DNA of 64,000 nucleotides from the human T2T-CHM13v2.0 reference genome, Homo sapiens. The stretch lies in assembly GCF_009914755.1 (NCBI RefSeq), contig NC_060932.1, one strand, 5' to 3'. The notes beneath the pieces were generated by a model. The model made no database searches. It was not told the origin of the DNA and worked only from the letters and a program-made list of their open reading frames with translations. The position numbers were made by a program, and so were the translations under genes. Positions 49,242 through 64,000 of this stretch are shown piece after piece (within the stretch, counting starts at the first letter, position 1; the number at the start of each line of letters is the position of its first letter).

Positions 49242-49535
49242 TTTTTTTTGAGACAGGGTCTTACTCTGTGGCCCAGGCTGAAGTGCAGTGGCATGGTCAC
49301 AACCACAACTCACTGTAGTCTCTACCTCCTGGGCTCAGGTGATCCTCCCACCTCAGCCTTCTGGGTAGCTAGGACTACAAGGGCACCACCACACCCAGCT
49401 AATTTTTGTCTTTTTAGTAGAAATAGGGTTTCGCCATGTTGGCCAGGCTGGTCTCAAACTCCTGAGCTCAGGCAATCCATCTGCCTTGGCCTCCCACTGT
49501 GCTGGGATTATAGGCATGAGTCACTGCTGCCTGGC
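49242..49535 (-). mobile_element. AluJ
   Basis: Alu dimer, reverse orientation. Confidence 0.9.
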
Positions 49536-52149
49536 AGTATCATTCCGCTTTAATGAGGTACTTTAGGCCCCACGAGGGTGACTTCTCCAAAGTCACAAAG
49601 CCAAACAGCACCAGGGTAAAGGCTGAACCCAGGATTCTGACTTTAGAGGCAAAATTGAGGCATTCGGGTTACTTCTGGGATTAAAAAAAATCACAAATAA
49701 AAAACAAATATTTGAGACTTAGAATCTGTGAGAGGGAAGGCTGCATTCCAGGAGTTGCCCCGAACCAGCTTCCAGCTGCCAGGTCAGCTCTGAGCCCGGG
49801 AGGCAGGCGGTGACCGCCCTGCCCAGGAGCCACAGTCGGCATGGTTGTGGCATGGGTCCAGGGCTGAGCAGGCTGGGCCTCTCGGCTCCGGGCCTTCTGC
49901 TCTCACCCTCGGAGGGGCAGGCTCAGTCCCACCAAGTGGCCACCTTCCAATTGTCTTTGTTTTCCTCCTCCCTTCGCAAGAAACTTCAGGCACAGGGAAT
50001 TTCTCAACACGGAGCTTTTCAGTCCCCCACCTGCTTCCTTCTAGGCCTGCAAGGTCCTCTGTTGACTCTGCCACAGGGTATTGAGGGCTTCAGAATATGC
50101 TCCTTTTAAAATTCAATCTGACACCATCTCCTTTTCCCCCACTCACAGCTCTTCTCTGGGGCACACACTTACAGTGATTTCTGAGAGCTTCACAAGACAG
50201 CAGGCCATGTCACCGCTTCCATACTTACCCACTAAATCCCCACTCCAAAACCATAGGCTCTTTGTCTCACTATTCTACCGCCTAGACTGAAAATAAGCAA
50301 TTTCTTTTTGACCAAATAAAGACAGGGTTTTCCAATTCCTGGGAGCGCTGTCAGGTCTCACTAGAAAGCAAGTTCTTCTCAAGACATTCTCCTTGTCTCT
50401 CCTCATCCCTCTTACGGGCCTGAATCTCTCCAGATCTGGCTGCCTCCAGCATCTGTCCTGTTCACCATTTTGGCCTCAGGGCCTAGCACAGGGCCTGGCA
50501 CAAGCAGGTGATGCCCACAGTAACTACTGGACTGTGACATTGGGCTTCCCTCCTACAGCCTGCCTCTCTCTCCTCCAGCAGGCCTCTTCCTCATTCTCCA
50601 GGCCCAGGCTCGCCCATTACTTCCTCAGGTGAGTCTTCCTTGAATTCCTTGGGTCTTTTAAGTGCTTCCTTCCAGGTCAGCTCCTGGATCAACTATTTCA
50701 GTGCTAAGTGTGTCGAACAGGAGCTTGCACAGGTTGCCCAGCTAGAGTAGAAAGTCCTAGAGAGCAGAGACTGCATCTTTGTCACTTCTCTATCCCTGCG
50801 CTTACCACAGATCAGGGGACATTAGCTGGGTCACAGGAATTCCATAATTACCTTTAAAATGTATGCAAGCCCCTCATGAGAGAGAGGCTTTGCTTGAGTT
50901 ATGCAGGGAAATGAGGCCGACAGTTTAGGATGCTGTGAGGAGGGGCTGGAGTTACCTGGCTCAAGGGCACTGCATTTCCTAAATAGCTGACTCTTCCATC
51001 TTACTTTAGTAGTAAAATACTCTGAACTTAGAGCCAGAAAGGGAAAGAAGCTTATCAAAAAGCTTTATCAAAAATAATATCAATATTCACAGGTAAATCA
51101 TTAGCTTTCAACCAGGGTCAAAAAATCTTAATGCTTTCAACTGTGTTCTTTCAGCATCGGGCCTGGCCACGGGTTGAAGCCCTCTTCAAACAGCACAGAG
51201 GCAGGAGGGTGCTCCCCGCCACTGGGTATCCGGTTGCCCAGGGAATGGCATAGCCCCAGAAAATGCTGAGGCTCCCACATGTCGGGATCCTTCAGCTCGA
51301 ACCCTAATATCTGTGTGGCTTTGGGGATGATGTGATTAACAGGAGCAGGGCGACTTCCACTTCCATGGCTGGCTTCTCTCAGGTACACCTTGTTCCTCAA
51401 GGCTGTACTCATCATTTGTTCCTTTATCTTTTAATTCAATTAAACCAGCTTTTATTGAGCCCTTACGGGGACAAGGAACTGTGAGATACTGTGGGAAATT
51501 TAAAGTTGAAAAAGACTGACCCTAAAGGAAAACCAGCAAGATTACAACATAATAGGGACCTCGAGATAAAATCCTTGTCATGCTGTACAGAGAAAATTAA
51601 ATTCCAAGAACATACTGTACACCTCCTAGGAGAAAGAGGCTGTTCTACATTTTGGGGTCCAGAGATGAGGACATCTTCAGATTTTTAAGACCTTGCTCTC
51701 CAGAAGAAAGTATTAATACCTTCCCAGAGCACGCCCTTGGCACAAAGTGGGAAGATTACACAATCCTGCCCTCATCACCCCTCACCAGCCCCAAAGATCC
51801 CCGAGGGTTGACAGAATGAAGGTGGTGGAGCCTGGCCCAGGGGCATGCCCCTTATCTGTCAGTGCCATCTCTGCCGGCCAGAGGTGGCCCAATCCAGCTG
51901 GAGTTTCTGAGTCGGAGATTTCGTCTCTCGGCTCCCTTCCATCCCGCTGGAGAACAGCGGGATCCAGCCCTTCCATCCGGGCTCTGGTCTGTCTTGGGGG
52001 TGGGGGGACACTTCGATGTCTAGCAGGGGACTGGGAGACCCTAGGATGAACGGAGCCGGGCGTACCTGGATGGCGGTGGTGGGGATGGGTGGGGATAAAG
52101 GGTCTGGAGGACACCTGGCTCAGGGACTGAGGTCCTTGGCACAGCGCCC

Positions 52150-53050
52150 TGCCCTGTGCCCGTTGGTTGCAGGCTAACGGCCGGCGCCCCACTCTCGGCC
52201 TGACCACCCACCTGGGCACGCCCTGTCGTAGTCGAAGCAGCAGTCCCCGGTGAAGCGACAGGCTTGGTCGCAGAAACACGTCCCGTAGACCCTGTCCAGC
52301 CTCCAGCCGCGGGCGAAGCAGGCGGGGTCCCGGCCGGGACAGCAGCGCCCGGCCTCGGCGCAGCCGGCCTGGGCCCCGGGCCACAGCCGCGACAGCGCGC
52401 ACAGCGCCATCCACAGGGTCCTCATGGCCAGGGCTCCGGCGGCGCCTGCGACGCGACAGACCCCCGGGGCAAGCGCTCTGATCCTCGGCTGGCCGCGGCC
52501 CGGGAGCTGCCCGAGCGGCCGGCGAGGCACAGCCGGGCCCTGCCCTGCGCCCGGCCCCCGCCCTCCGCGCCGCCCCTCCCCAGCCCTGGCGGCGCGCCCG
52601 TCGAGGCCCGGGCGGGTGGCGGGGCTGCCCTGCCCAGGTGGGGAGGGCGCTGCAGTTCCCGGGACGGGCCCGCAATCGACGGTCCGGGCGCCACCCACTC
52701 CCCGCTGCCAGCTCGCGCCCCAGCTCCAGCCCGGGGACCTCCGGGGCGCGGGAGCGGAAAAGCAGGTGCTGGCGGGGCGGGGGTCGGGGTGGGGTGCCGG
52801 GGCGTAGCCAGGAGCCCGGCGGGGGAGGCCACATTTCCTGGCTCTAAACTGTACTTCTAACGCCTGGGGACACATTAACGAGCGGGCATTTTCACTCTAA
52901 AGCCATGAGACCAAGAGCACTCGATGGGCACCAAACGTGTCTCAGCAGCACTCTGCGCGGGCCACCCCGCCTTCGCCCGGGAAAGCTCATTCAAATACAA
53001 AGTGGACACCAGCTCGCCCACCCTCTCAGTCCCCGCAGGCCGCAGAGAAG
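52150..53050. promoter_or_regulatory. SBSPON: CpG island and SBSPON promoter/5'UTR with GC boxes
   Basis: Very high GC and CpG density around exon 1; GGGGCGGGG Sp/KLF boxes near 52560 and 52775; no obvious TATA box. Confidence 0.9.
52212..52425 (-). CDS. SBSPON: SBSPON exon 1 coding part (signal peptide + somatomedin-B domain)
   Basis: gccATG MRTLWMALCALSRLWPGAQAGCAEAGRCCPGRDPACFARGWRLDRVYGTCFCDQACRFTGDCCFDYDRACP |gtgggt; CxCDxxCxxxxDCCxDY SMB motif; 214 nt. Confidence 0.96.
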
Positions 53051-54979
53051 CTAGGAGATAAGTCCAAAGAAGCATCCTTTCTTTCTGCTGCATTTATAAT
53101 GGGACTCTTCTGCCCCAGGAAAATGCCACTTCGCTTCACGAGGAGGCAATTTGTGAATGGTGGGAAGAATAAATAAAATAACGGGGCTCTGTTTTCTGAT
53201 AAACCAATTTCTCCCCCTAAAAACTCTGTGTACTGATATTTTAGAACTTTCACTTTAATAAAATGCTTGCCTAACTTTTAATATATATATTTTCTTCTCC
53301 CTTTCTCTCCAAATGTGTTACGTTTTCTGCACCACTCTTTTTGTTCACCCAAATTTATGCTGGAATTTTCATTTTATGTTCTTAAATCATTTACCCTAAT
53401 ATGGTTTTTATGTGAAACCAGGAATATAACGTTTTTTGCATCTGCGAACCTAAGAAATCAAATTAATTTCATAGACTTTCTTTCTTTCTCATATAAGGAT
53501 TTACAGAGGAATTTTCTTTATTCATCAGAGAGAAAAGTTAACAAAAGTAGAAATGAAAAACTTGACTACAAAAGTAGTGAAACAATACAGTAATCAACCA
53601 TACAAAACACATTGTGAAATGAAGAAGATTTAATACATTATAAGAATTTTATCTTATAAACTCTAACCACAAAGTTTGACCAGTGGAGACTGTAATCTTA
53701 TTTCATCTTCCAAGAAAAACACACTCTAAAGTCAAAAAGAAGTTTTTTCTTTGTGAGCTTATACAAACAAATTCTCAACGTTGAGATTTTTTTTCCGTCT
53801 TTAGGTAAGTCTCTCTTACTTTTGTAGTCTAAAGAAATAACATATACATATATATTTATATATATGTGTGTGTGGGTGTGGGTGTGTATCTTTAGTTTTT
53901 GTAGCTGGAACTAAATAACTGCAGCAAATTATACCCTCTGCCTTTTCCCATGTCACAGATTTTATTAGCAGTTTTGTATTAACTCATTCATGTAATTTAT
54001 ACCCACACCTTCTCTAAGGCTGTCTGCTTTATAGAACGCCTTTAGGCAGATACTTTTTTTGTAATGCCATAAGAATCTGGAACAGTTCCAGAAAGATGTA
54101 AAGGAAAATGATCCGCCGACAAGTTCACTTTCAGGAATAAAACATGAAATGAAGTGATAACAGAAAGGAGAAGAGGAGGTCTGGTTTAAGAGAATTAAAA
54201 GTATAATGCCAAATGCCTGCTCAAATACCGTTCTTTTCAGCCCGCTCCCCACCCCCACCAGCCCTTTTCCTTATAGACAAAACCAAAATTGGAAATCGAA
54301 AACAAAAAGTTAGGGGGTCTGTGCTCATGAGATTTAGCTTCCAGAATTACAAAATCTGGGTCTAGTTCTGATCCTATGATTTCTGACAAATCTCAGTGCC
54401 CTCAACTCAAACATAGAACACTAAATCTTTTCAGATTGTTGTGAGAGGCCCACAGAGACGAGGCGATGTTAGTGGGAACTAAATATCTATTAATGTCCTA
54501 ATGTCCACCCCACTCCCACTCCATAATTTAAGCCTAAACCAAGCAAAGACAAGTGCAGTTTTGGTTGTGTGCAAAATAGGGGAAAGCAAAAAGATTTTGT
54601 CGCTTAAAAAAAAAAAAGAAAAGAAAGGAAACGAAAACCACAAATGATTACTACTTTAACAGCACAGATAAAAAGGAGTTTGTCTCTGGTAAGTAACATT
54701 AAAAGAAACAATCTCAAGTTAAAGCTTGTACTGTCTTGAAAATATGAAGAAAAGCCTCCCGTAGCAGGCTGTAGCAAAGGAAGCAGTTCCTGCAGGAATG
54801 GGCAAAGTCAGAGGACCCTGACATTTAAAGCAATGGAGTTCACATCCTTACTGGAAACTGGATGCAGTCAACTGTAACAATTAGTGGCTTTGTTTTCCTT
54901 GCCCTGGAGATGTTTGGAGAGCAGAAATCATCCCAGTGATCAGGTGGATGACTATAGGAAGTAATAAAATGCACCTTAG

Positions 54980-55406
<427 letters not shown>

Positions 55407-55745
55407 AGAATATAGTAATTTAAGAAAACATCCACATATATGATCTCATTTGGTGCTGCATAATTGTTAGGAAAATATTAGCATCCTCATTTCGCAGATG
55501 ACAGAGAGATTAGATATGTAGCTAATTAGTGACAAAACAGGACTAAAACTGAAATTATTCTTTCCAAAACACCGCAACGTTCTTCCCCTTACATAAAGCT
55601 TTTTATGAGGGGTTGGGAAAGATTGGAATAGAAAGTAAAGACAAATAAGATTAAGTACTGTACTAAATTCTGTAACTATAATAGTGTATGTGGAAATCAA
55701 AATACAAATACTTTCCAGAAAGGTTTGGGTACATTTAAAATGTAA

Positions 55746-56052
<307 letters not shown>

Positions 56053-58586
56053 ACGTTTTATCTGTGTAAGATGAATAAAAAGTTTTTAAAAGCAACCAGG
56101 ATGCTATGAGGGCTGTAGAGGGAATATTTTGAGGTTGACAAATAAGGTAGTTGATTCTTACACAGTTTGGGGACATTTGTCAGAGGCAGAATACTGCATG
56201 GATAGAGAGAGAGAGAATATTTCATTGGATATTAGCCACTTTTGCTTATAAGATGCACCAGTATTTTATTTGACACTAACACAGAAAAAAAAACCAAAAA
56301 ACAAACAAAAAAAACCCTGCCTGCCAATTACACTGTGATGCATACTTATACGTGATTGTAGGACAGATTTCAATTTCAGAGATGTTTAAATTTGGAAGCA
56401 TGTGCATCCCTGAACCAATGAAAAAACGGAACAAGATATCATTTTCATCATTTTACATTTTATAACACGCTTTATTGGCAATCCTATGAAGTTGTTGTTA
56501 ACTTACTTGTTTTGCTGAAGGGGAGGTTAAAAGGAGCTAAATGACCTGGGCAGTGTCCCACGGGCTCAAGCCCAGCCCCCTCTGGAGAGCTAGCACTGTT
56601 CATATGGTTGCATTCATTCTCTTCCTGAGGGTGTGATGTCATTCCACGTTGAGGGTCAAACGTGGGTAAAAATGGTTCTTCCCTAAGGAGATCAAAATCC
56701 AGTGGAGGAGCTGGACATGTAAGCAGTCACCACAGCAGGTGGTGATAAGTGTTACCATTAAAGGGAAGGGGGAGGGATGTCTGAGATACTGACACTGGAT
56801 CAGGGCAGACAAGGAGGATTTTGAATTTGGATTATAAAGATCAGGATTCGTCCCTTTACATTCTCCCTGGAAAATGCAGATTCAGCCACCAGGAAAGCTC
56901 CAATAACTTTTGGAAAGGTACTGCCTGTATAGGCTAGTACCTGCATTTATTTAACAATGCCAAAATGTGCAGACAAGTATCCAAAGATGCTTGTTTAAGG
57001 TGGTATGCATAACTCACTTTGAGTAATTCTTCTCCTATCACCTTATAGAAAGCAGTCAAATACATCACCACTAAGGTTTATGCTGCCATTTCTATGCCCT
57101 TGACCCTGTCAATGAATTTATTTTACCACTTCCATATCCAGTTTACATTTTTTTCATTGACAGAGGAAAGAAGAGAAAAATTGATAACCCTGTCACTGAA
57201 AAAAATGTAAATTGGATATGGAAGTGGTAAAAATAAATTCAGTCGATTTTTCCCTTCTTTTTCTAACAGACTTTTTAGATTTTCGTTTCCAGAGGAAGCA
57301 CCTTTTCCCTCCATTATTAGACTGCACCCCTAGTTCTAGGGATGAGCTTTGAGGGTTAATCTTATTCTCAGTCTATGAACCCATCACTCAGAGGCTGGTC
57401 CAATCAGAGCCCCAGGGATCAGGGACATTTGTTCAATAGATGACTTGGTTTCATCTCTTCACATACTAGGGGAGAATGGGGACGCGTTTGGCCATGTGAA
57501 GCCAGCCTGAGATCTTAGGCGACAAGCCAGGGAAGAGAGAGCCAGGAAATCACAGAGGCTTTGCTTGACATTAGAAGTTGAATTTCCCCCTTCTCAATCC
57601 TCTGCCCTGTTAAATTCTTTTTATAATTTATGCCATTTTCAATTGCAGTTTCCGTGGCTTTAAACAAAAGCACTCAACAGAGGGGATATGGAAAGTGAAA
57701 AGAGCTCAAGTTTTAAAGAGAAAAGTAGATTTGAACTGTGGCTCTATCACTAGCAACATGAAATAAATTATTGTAAACTCAAGCCTCAGCTTCTTGATCT
57801 GTAAAAATGGAGATAAATAAGAAAAGCATTTAATTATATAATTTATACATGTCTAGTATAGTTCCTCCTTCATAAAAATGAGCTGGTAATTAATAATTAT
57901 TGTATTTTAGCCCTGGACTTTAACACAAAAGACATGCTTTAATGATGACTAATTTTTTTTTTTCCATTAACTAGTGTGTCAGGCTACATGGTGCAATCAG
58001 AAGAGTTCTGTAGTGGGAATCTAAAGCCCTGGCTTTGATCCTGCCAATGAGTGATCTGGGGCAGTTCATTTAGACTCTCTGGGCCTCAATTTCCCTTATA
58101 TAATTTGATAATGGGAGCCAAGAAAATCTCCAAGAACCCTGTTAGCTCAAAAATTGTAATATTCAATTTAAGTAACAGTGTAAGCCACAAGAGAGTGGTC
58201 TCACGTGTGATCTCTTTGACCTTAATAGTAGGATGCAAGTAACACAACTGCAGAAGTGACTTTGCAAAGTCTCTCCAAGTACAGCTAATTTGGAGACAGA
58301 CATTTATGTCCACAGGTTAATTGCAAGTTCATCGTAGATGCTTTCCTGGATGTGCATAAGTCGTGGTGATTATTGAACCAATTACATGGTAAAAAGAAAT
58401 TTTGATTTAAGAATCAGGAGATGGATATTGTAGTTTTGTGTCCATAACTCACTAACTGTATGACCTTAGGGAAAGTATGGAATTTCTCTGTGCCCAGAAT
58501 CCCAGCTATAAAAAGAAAAGCTTTGAGAGGATCTATGAGATCTCCTACAAATCCAACACTGATTCTATGAATAAAAGCTTCTAATT

Positions 58587-58899
58587 CAGGGGTAGGCAAA
58601 TTATGCCTATTTTTATGGCTTGTAAGCTAATTTTTTTTTACATTTTTTAAAATGATGGGCAAAAATCAAAAAAAGAATATTATTCTGTGTCATGTGAAAT
58701 TTAAATGAAATTCAAATTTCAATGTCCATAAGTAAAGTTTTATTGGAACATAACCATGCCCATTTGTTTCCATATTGTCTATGGCTGTTTTTATGCTAGA
58801 AGGGCAGAGCTGAGTAGTTGCAGCAGACAGAAACTGTAAGACCTGCAAAGCCTAAAATATTTACTACCTGGCCTTTATAGAAAATGTCTGCCAATGCCT
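58587..58899 (-). mobile_element. MER58B
   Basis: CAGGGGTAGGCAAATT ... gaaattcaaatttcaatgtccataagtaaagttttattggaaca ... ctgcaaagcctaaaatatttact. Confidence 0.82.
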
Positions 58900-58946
58900 A
58901 CTGAATCTGTCCAGCTCTAAAATTCCGTGAACTAAAACATAGAGCT

Positions 58947-59258
<312 letters not shown>

Positions 59259-60313
59259 TTAGAGCTGGACGCATTCAGTAGGCAAAGTGACATTAAACAC
59301 TTTGTAAACTACACAGCATTCATCCATATGTAAGGGGTTCAGATAAAATGGAATTCTGAAATTAAAAAGGCTCAGCCAGAACACTCACGCCCAGCAAACA
59401 TTGTTTATGATGGCAAAACTACGGATAGTGCCAAGGTTAATCCTGTGCTGCTAGAAAATGGGATTATAAGAGTGCTTCCAAAAATGAAAAGGAGAAAATC
59501 ATCGGATGAGATTAAAGAAGTCATCTAATTTTGCTCCTTTTGTAGTAAATAGCCTTCTCTGATCCACAGCAGAGATTTTTATAGCAAATTGTTCTTTCTT
59601 CCTACATGCAAAACTCTCCTTGTGTCAGCGAAGGGCAGAGAGTCCTAAGAAGCCTGCCACACGACAAACCAGAGAGAAATGTGCCCCTTTGAGGGAGAGG
59701 AATGTTCTACCCCATTTAGTTCTAACAAGTAAGTGGGAAGTAAGTGCACTCACTGGCCAGCAGCAGCCCTGTGTGGGTGTGAATGCAGCTCATGGGTGCA
59801 TATTATGGTTTTGACCTTGATCCTAGACATTTGCTTGAGGGAAAACGTGTTCTTTGCACACTAAGCCTCCAAATACTCTCTTATTCACAATACATTTATT
59901 AAGGCCTATTTAGTACCAGGAACTATATTAAATATTTAATGTATCTTATCTTGTTGGAGCTTATAAGGCAGGTGTTACCATTTATATTCCACAGCTGAAA
60001 AAAATAGAAGTTTGATGATGTAAAATAACGTGCCCAAATTAGAGATATTCAAACCAGTTCTGCAATTTCCAGAGTCCACATTTTTTTTCTACATAGAAAA
60101 CTAATTGCATACTTAGCAATTGGATTTCTATTAAGATTTCATAGGCTTTTTATGATAAATACCTTGATGACAAATAGGGCATAGTTAGACAATTAAAAAA
60201 ACCTAAGACCTTAAACCTTGTGGTATTATTTTCTGCTGTTTCTTAAATTTTAAAATATTTAGTTAATGATAAAGAATATTGAATTGGAGATGGAAAGAAC
60301 TAGGTTCTAAAGG

Positions 60314-60318
60314 TTTGT

Positions 60319-60353
<35 letters not shown>

Positions 60354-60656
60354 TTTGAGACAGGGTCTCGCTCTGTAGCCCAGGCTGAAGTGCAGTTGCC
60401 CTCGCTGGAGTGCAGTGGCACGATCTCAGCTCACTGCAACCTCCACCTCCCGGGCTCAAGGGATCCTTCCACCTGTTTCCCAAGTAGCTGGGACTACAGA
60501 TGTGCGCCACCACACCCAGCTAATTTTTGCATTTTTTGTAGAGACAGGGTTTTGCCATGTTGCCCAGGGTGGTTTCGAACTCCTGGGCTCAAGTGATCCT
60601 CCAGCCTTGGCCTCCCAATTTACTGGGATTACAGACATGAGCCACTGAAACTAGCC
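60314..60656 (-). mobile_element. AluJ with (TTTA)n tail
   Basis: Alu, reverse orientation, with a short internal duplication. Confidence 0.9.
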
Positions 60657-61605
60657 AAGGTTCTAGTTTTGTTTTTGCTACTCTCTACCCGTGTGATTAG
60701 GGCATTTACTTAAACTCTACAAGTCTGTTTTCTTCATCTGTAAGGGAGGGACAGCAAGATCTACTTTGACAATCCCACAGGGATCTCGTAAGGGTCAAGT
60801 AAAATGGTATATGTGAAAGTGCTTTGAAAACACTCATTATTATTTCTTGGTTACTGTTGGGTTCCATTTTTATATTGAAGTTTTTTATATTAAAATGTTT
60901 ATATTCTAAGAAATAAACAGAAGCATGTCTCAAAGATTTCAGTAGATGTAAATGCAGGCTTTGTACATTTACTATTGGCTTAAAAATATAACTTTCAAAA
61001 GTATGTCTCCTTTCACCAAGCTTAAAAGGATAAAATTATTATCACAAAGAAAAACTATCTTCTAACTTTGCATAGGATGTTATGCCAAGAGAGTGGTACA
61101 GCCACAGTTACAAACCCTTTAGGAGTTTGCATTAAAATACAATGTCAGATGTGGCAAAAGTTTAAATTCCATGCCCACACACCACACAGCACACATGTGC
61201 ACCCACCTAGATTATAGCCACCAATATTATTTCCCACAGATTCCTGCTTTTACAGCCTTCCAAGAGTCACAGAGGATGCAGGGCCACGGATTAGCAGTAG
61301 TCTGCCTGTCCAGCAATTTCCGTGTTGTGGCTACGTGGCCACTCTGCTTTCAAATATCTGACAAATCAGAAAGACCCACTGAGTACAAACATCTCTCCTC
61401 CTCCTACAGAGAGCTGTTCCAATCAGCATCTCATCTGCAGGCTAGTGCCAGGAACAGAGTCAATATCTTCTCACCTTTTTTCCTCCTCTGAACTGTCTAG
61501 CACTAGCTGTTGTCCTCAGACCTGCTATTTCACAGCCCACGATTCAATTAGTTCTGTCTCAGTAAATCATTCTTTGACATGTACACACACATTCTCTGTC
61601 ATTCC

Positions 61606-62018
61606 TGCATTAGTTTGCTAGGGCTGCCATAGCGAAGTACCACAAACAGGGTGACTTAAAGAGAGATTGACTGCCTCACAGTAGCACAGGGAGTCTGAGA
61701 TCAAGATGTTGGCGGGTTGGTTCCTTCCGAGGGCTGTGAGGGAAGAATCTGTTCCATGCTTCTCTCCTTGGCTTATAGAAGGTTGTCTTCATGTTCACAT
61801 GGCAGTCTTCCTGTGTACGTGTCTCCATGTCCAAATATTCCCTTTTTATGAAGACAACAGTCATATTGGATCGAAGCCCTTCCAAATTTCAACTTAACTG
61901 ATTACATCTGCAACAAACTTGTTTCCACATAAGGTCACATGCTGAAATACTGGGCTTAACACCCTGTGTTTCAACATATGAATTTGGTGGTGGGGGGAGA
62001 CACAGTTCAAGCCATAAC
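61606..62018 (-). mobile_element. MLT1B-like MaLR LTR
   Basis: tgcattagtttgctagggctgccata...ataaggtcacat...gacacagttcaagccataac. Confidence 0.85.
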
Positions 62019-62403
62019 TGTTCCTCTTCTTCTTTTCTCTTCCAATTTGCTCAGACCCCTCAAGGCAATCTTTTATTCTCAATCTCTCTTCTACATGCTC
62101 TCTACCTACCCCATCAGCCTACAAATTATCCCATACAGAATGGGAACACATAAGAATGGGCATGCCTAGGAAAAGAAGGCCATGTGCTTTGAAATTTAAC
62201 TAGACCTGGGTGGAGTGTGAGCAACCCCTAAAATCACTCAGGAGGTATGCATTATCTTCAGAAGGTTTTTCTTCACTGTCCTTTATTTAAACCAGTTTGT
62301 TTTCTTTCTCTCAAGCACCATCATTCAAGATAAATATTTCCCACATAGCATTTTCCTGTTTCAATCGTTAATATTCAAATTCTATTGCACTGTGATATAT
62401 TTA

Positions 62404-62750
<347 letters not shown>

Positions 62751-64000
62751 ACTTGGAAAAAAAAAGTCCTTATGAGATGGTAGCTATCTCTTCTCCCCTT
62801 CTCACCCACGTCACTCCGCCCAAGACATCATTACAATTTTTTCTCTAAGTACTTATTGTGAACCAGTTATGTGCTGAGCACTGTGGTAGATGTGGGAGAT
62901 ACAGAAGTGACTCATGATGTCTGCTATAATGAGAGGGCAGACAGACATAATGCTCCAAGCCTTGTAATCATGGTATTTGTAAGATGACATGACAGCACAC
63001 AAAATGCAGAGATTAATTAAGCATCAGGTATCAGAAGTCATCGGTCCCTATCCATGCAATAAAGGACAGCATTTTTGGTGAACATAAAATCTCTCAGTAG
63101 GTTGAGCCTAAGAAACCAAGCCCGGCCTTTAGAAGAGAAAGGCATTTTAGTACACTGCGGGAAGCCTGGGAGGCAGCTTGGAAGTGCAAGTGGGATACCA
63201 GGTGAAAGGGTCTTTGAGCAGTCTTTCATCCAACCACGGGCCTCAGTCTACTGCTGTAGATTAGTTTGAATTTGTTAAGGACTTGGGTACACTAAAATGA
63301 TGGATGCTGTCTTTGACCTCAGGGACATGGACATTGCTCGGTGGAAATGAATGAAGTATTTCTGAACTTGCTTTAAAAATTGCAATTCAAGCCTCTTCAT
63401 CAATTTACAAGTATCATTATAATCATCCAGCCAATGAATTGTTGACACACTATTTCATTTGCCCTACAGATGACTATTATGAGCTGCAATGTGGCCAGTC
63501 ATCCATAGAAACTTTTCATTTTCTCTTGGTAGTTAGTTTCACATCATTTCCGCTTGCACCAATTCTTGCAGTTTGTTTAGGACTGAATTATTTCATCATT
63601 TGCCACATACTCACCAAGCTAAAACCTGGATGCACTGGCAAGTCAGCTTTAGAATTATCCTTTTTGAAAGAATAGTCTCAGAATGATGATTTTCACTTAA
63701 ATCATTTGTGTCATCAAAAGACAGAAAAAGTCTGCATGTTTATTGTCTATAAAGCCAAGGTTTGGTCAGGATCTTGTACACAGAGTCCTCTATTACCACT
63801 GATTTTTTAGTTTTACATTTCATTAATTAATAAGAGGTGAATGTATTCATGACCCATGTTGCACCAGCCAAATCCTACCTTGCCCTGGAATGGATTTCTT
63901 TCCCCAAAATTGTGATACAGGACCAAGAAATGTCAGAATATTAAAGCTGAGAGAGTTAGAGATCATCTTATCTATATCGATAAATATTTTATATATATAT

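Noticed and set aside
51782-52860. 350-, 198-, 136- and 127-aa ORFs over the CpG island, including an antisense ORF sharing the CATG palindrome with the SBSPON start
   Set aside because: Low-complexity Pro/Arg/Gly/Ala frames are expected from stop-codon scarcity in very GC-rich DNA.

Overview
Primate genomic DNA, almost certainly human. From recalled protein sequences it is the TERF1-SBSPON locus (8q21). The + strand carries the end of the last intron, the last coding exon (Myb/telobox domain) and the 3'UTR of TERF1. The - strand carries the complete 5-exon SBSPON gene: 214+195+91+177+118 = 795 nt, 264 aa plus stop, all junctions GT-AG, with a CpG-island promoter at about 52.1-53.0 kb. The genes are convergent, and a full-length, decayed L1PA element lies between them. 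That L1 sits inside an old Alu and itself contains a younger Alu. The rest is Alu, L1M, L2, MIR, MaLR and hAT repeats. Nearly all ORF-track entries are repeat-derived or GC-rich artefacts. I found no convincing new multi-gene system. The best leads are a candidate alternative terminal exon in the TERF1 last intron that would remove the DNA-binding domain, an L1 ORF0/antisense promoter pointing at TERF1, and inverted Alu pairs flanking SBSPON exons. Repeat boundaries and subfamilies were called by eye and are approximate.
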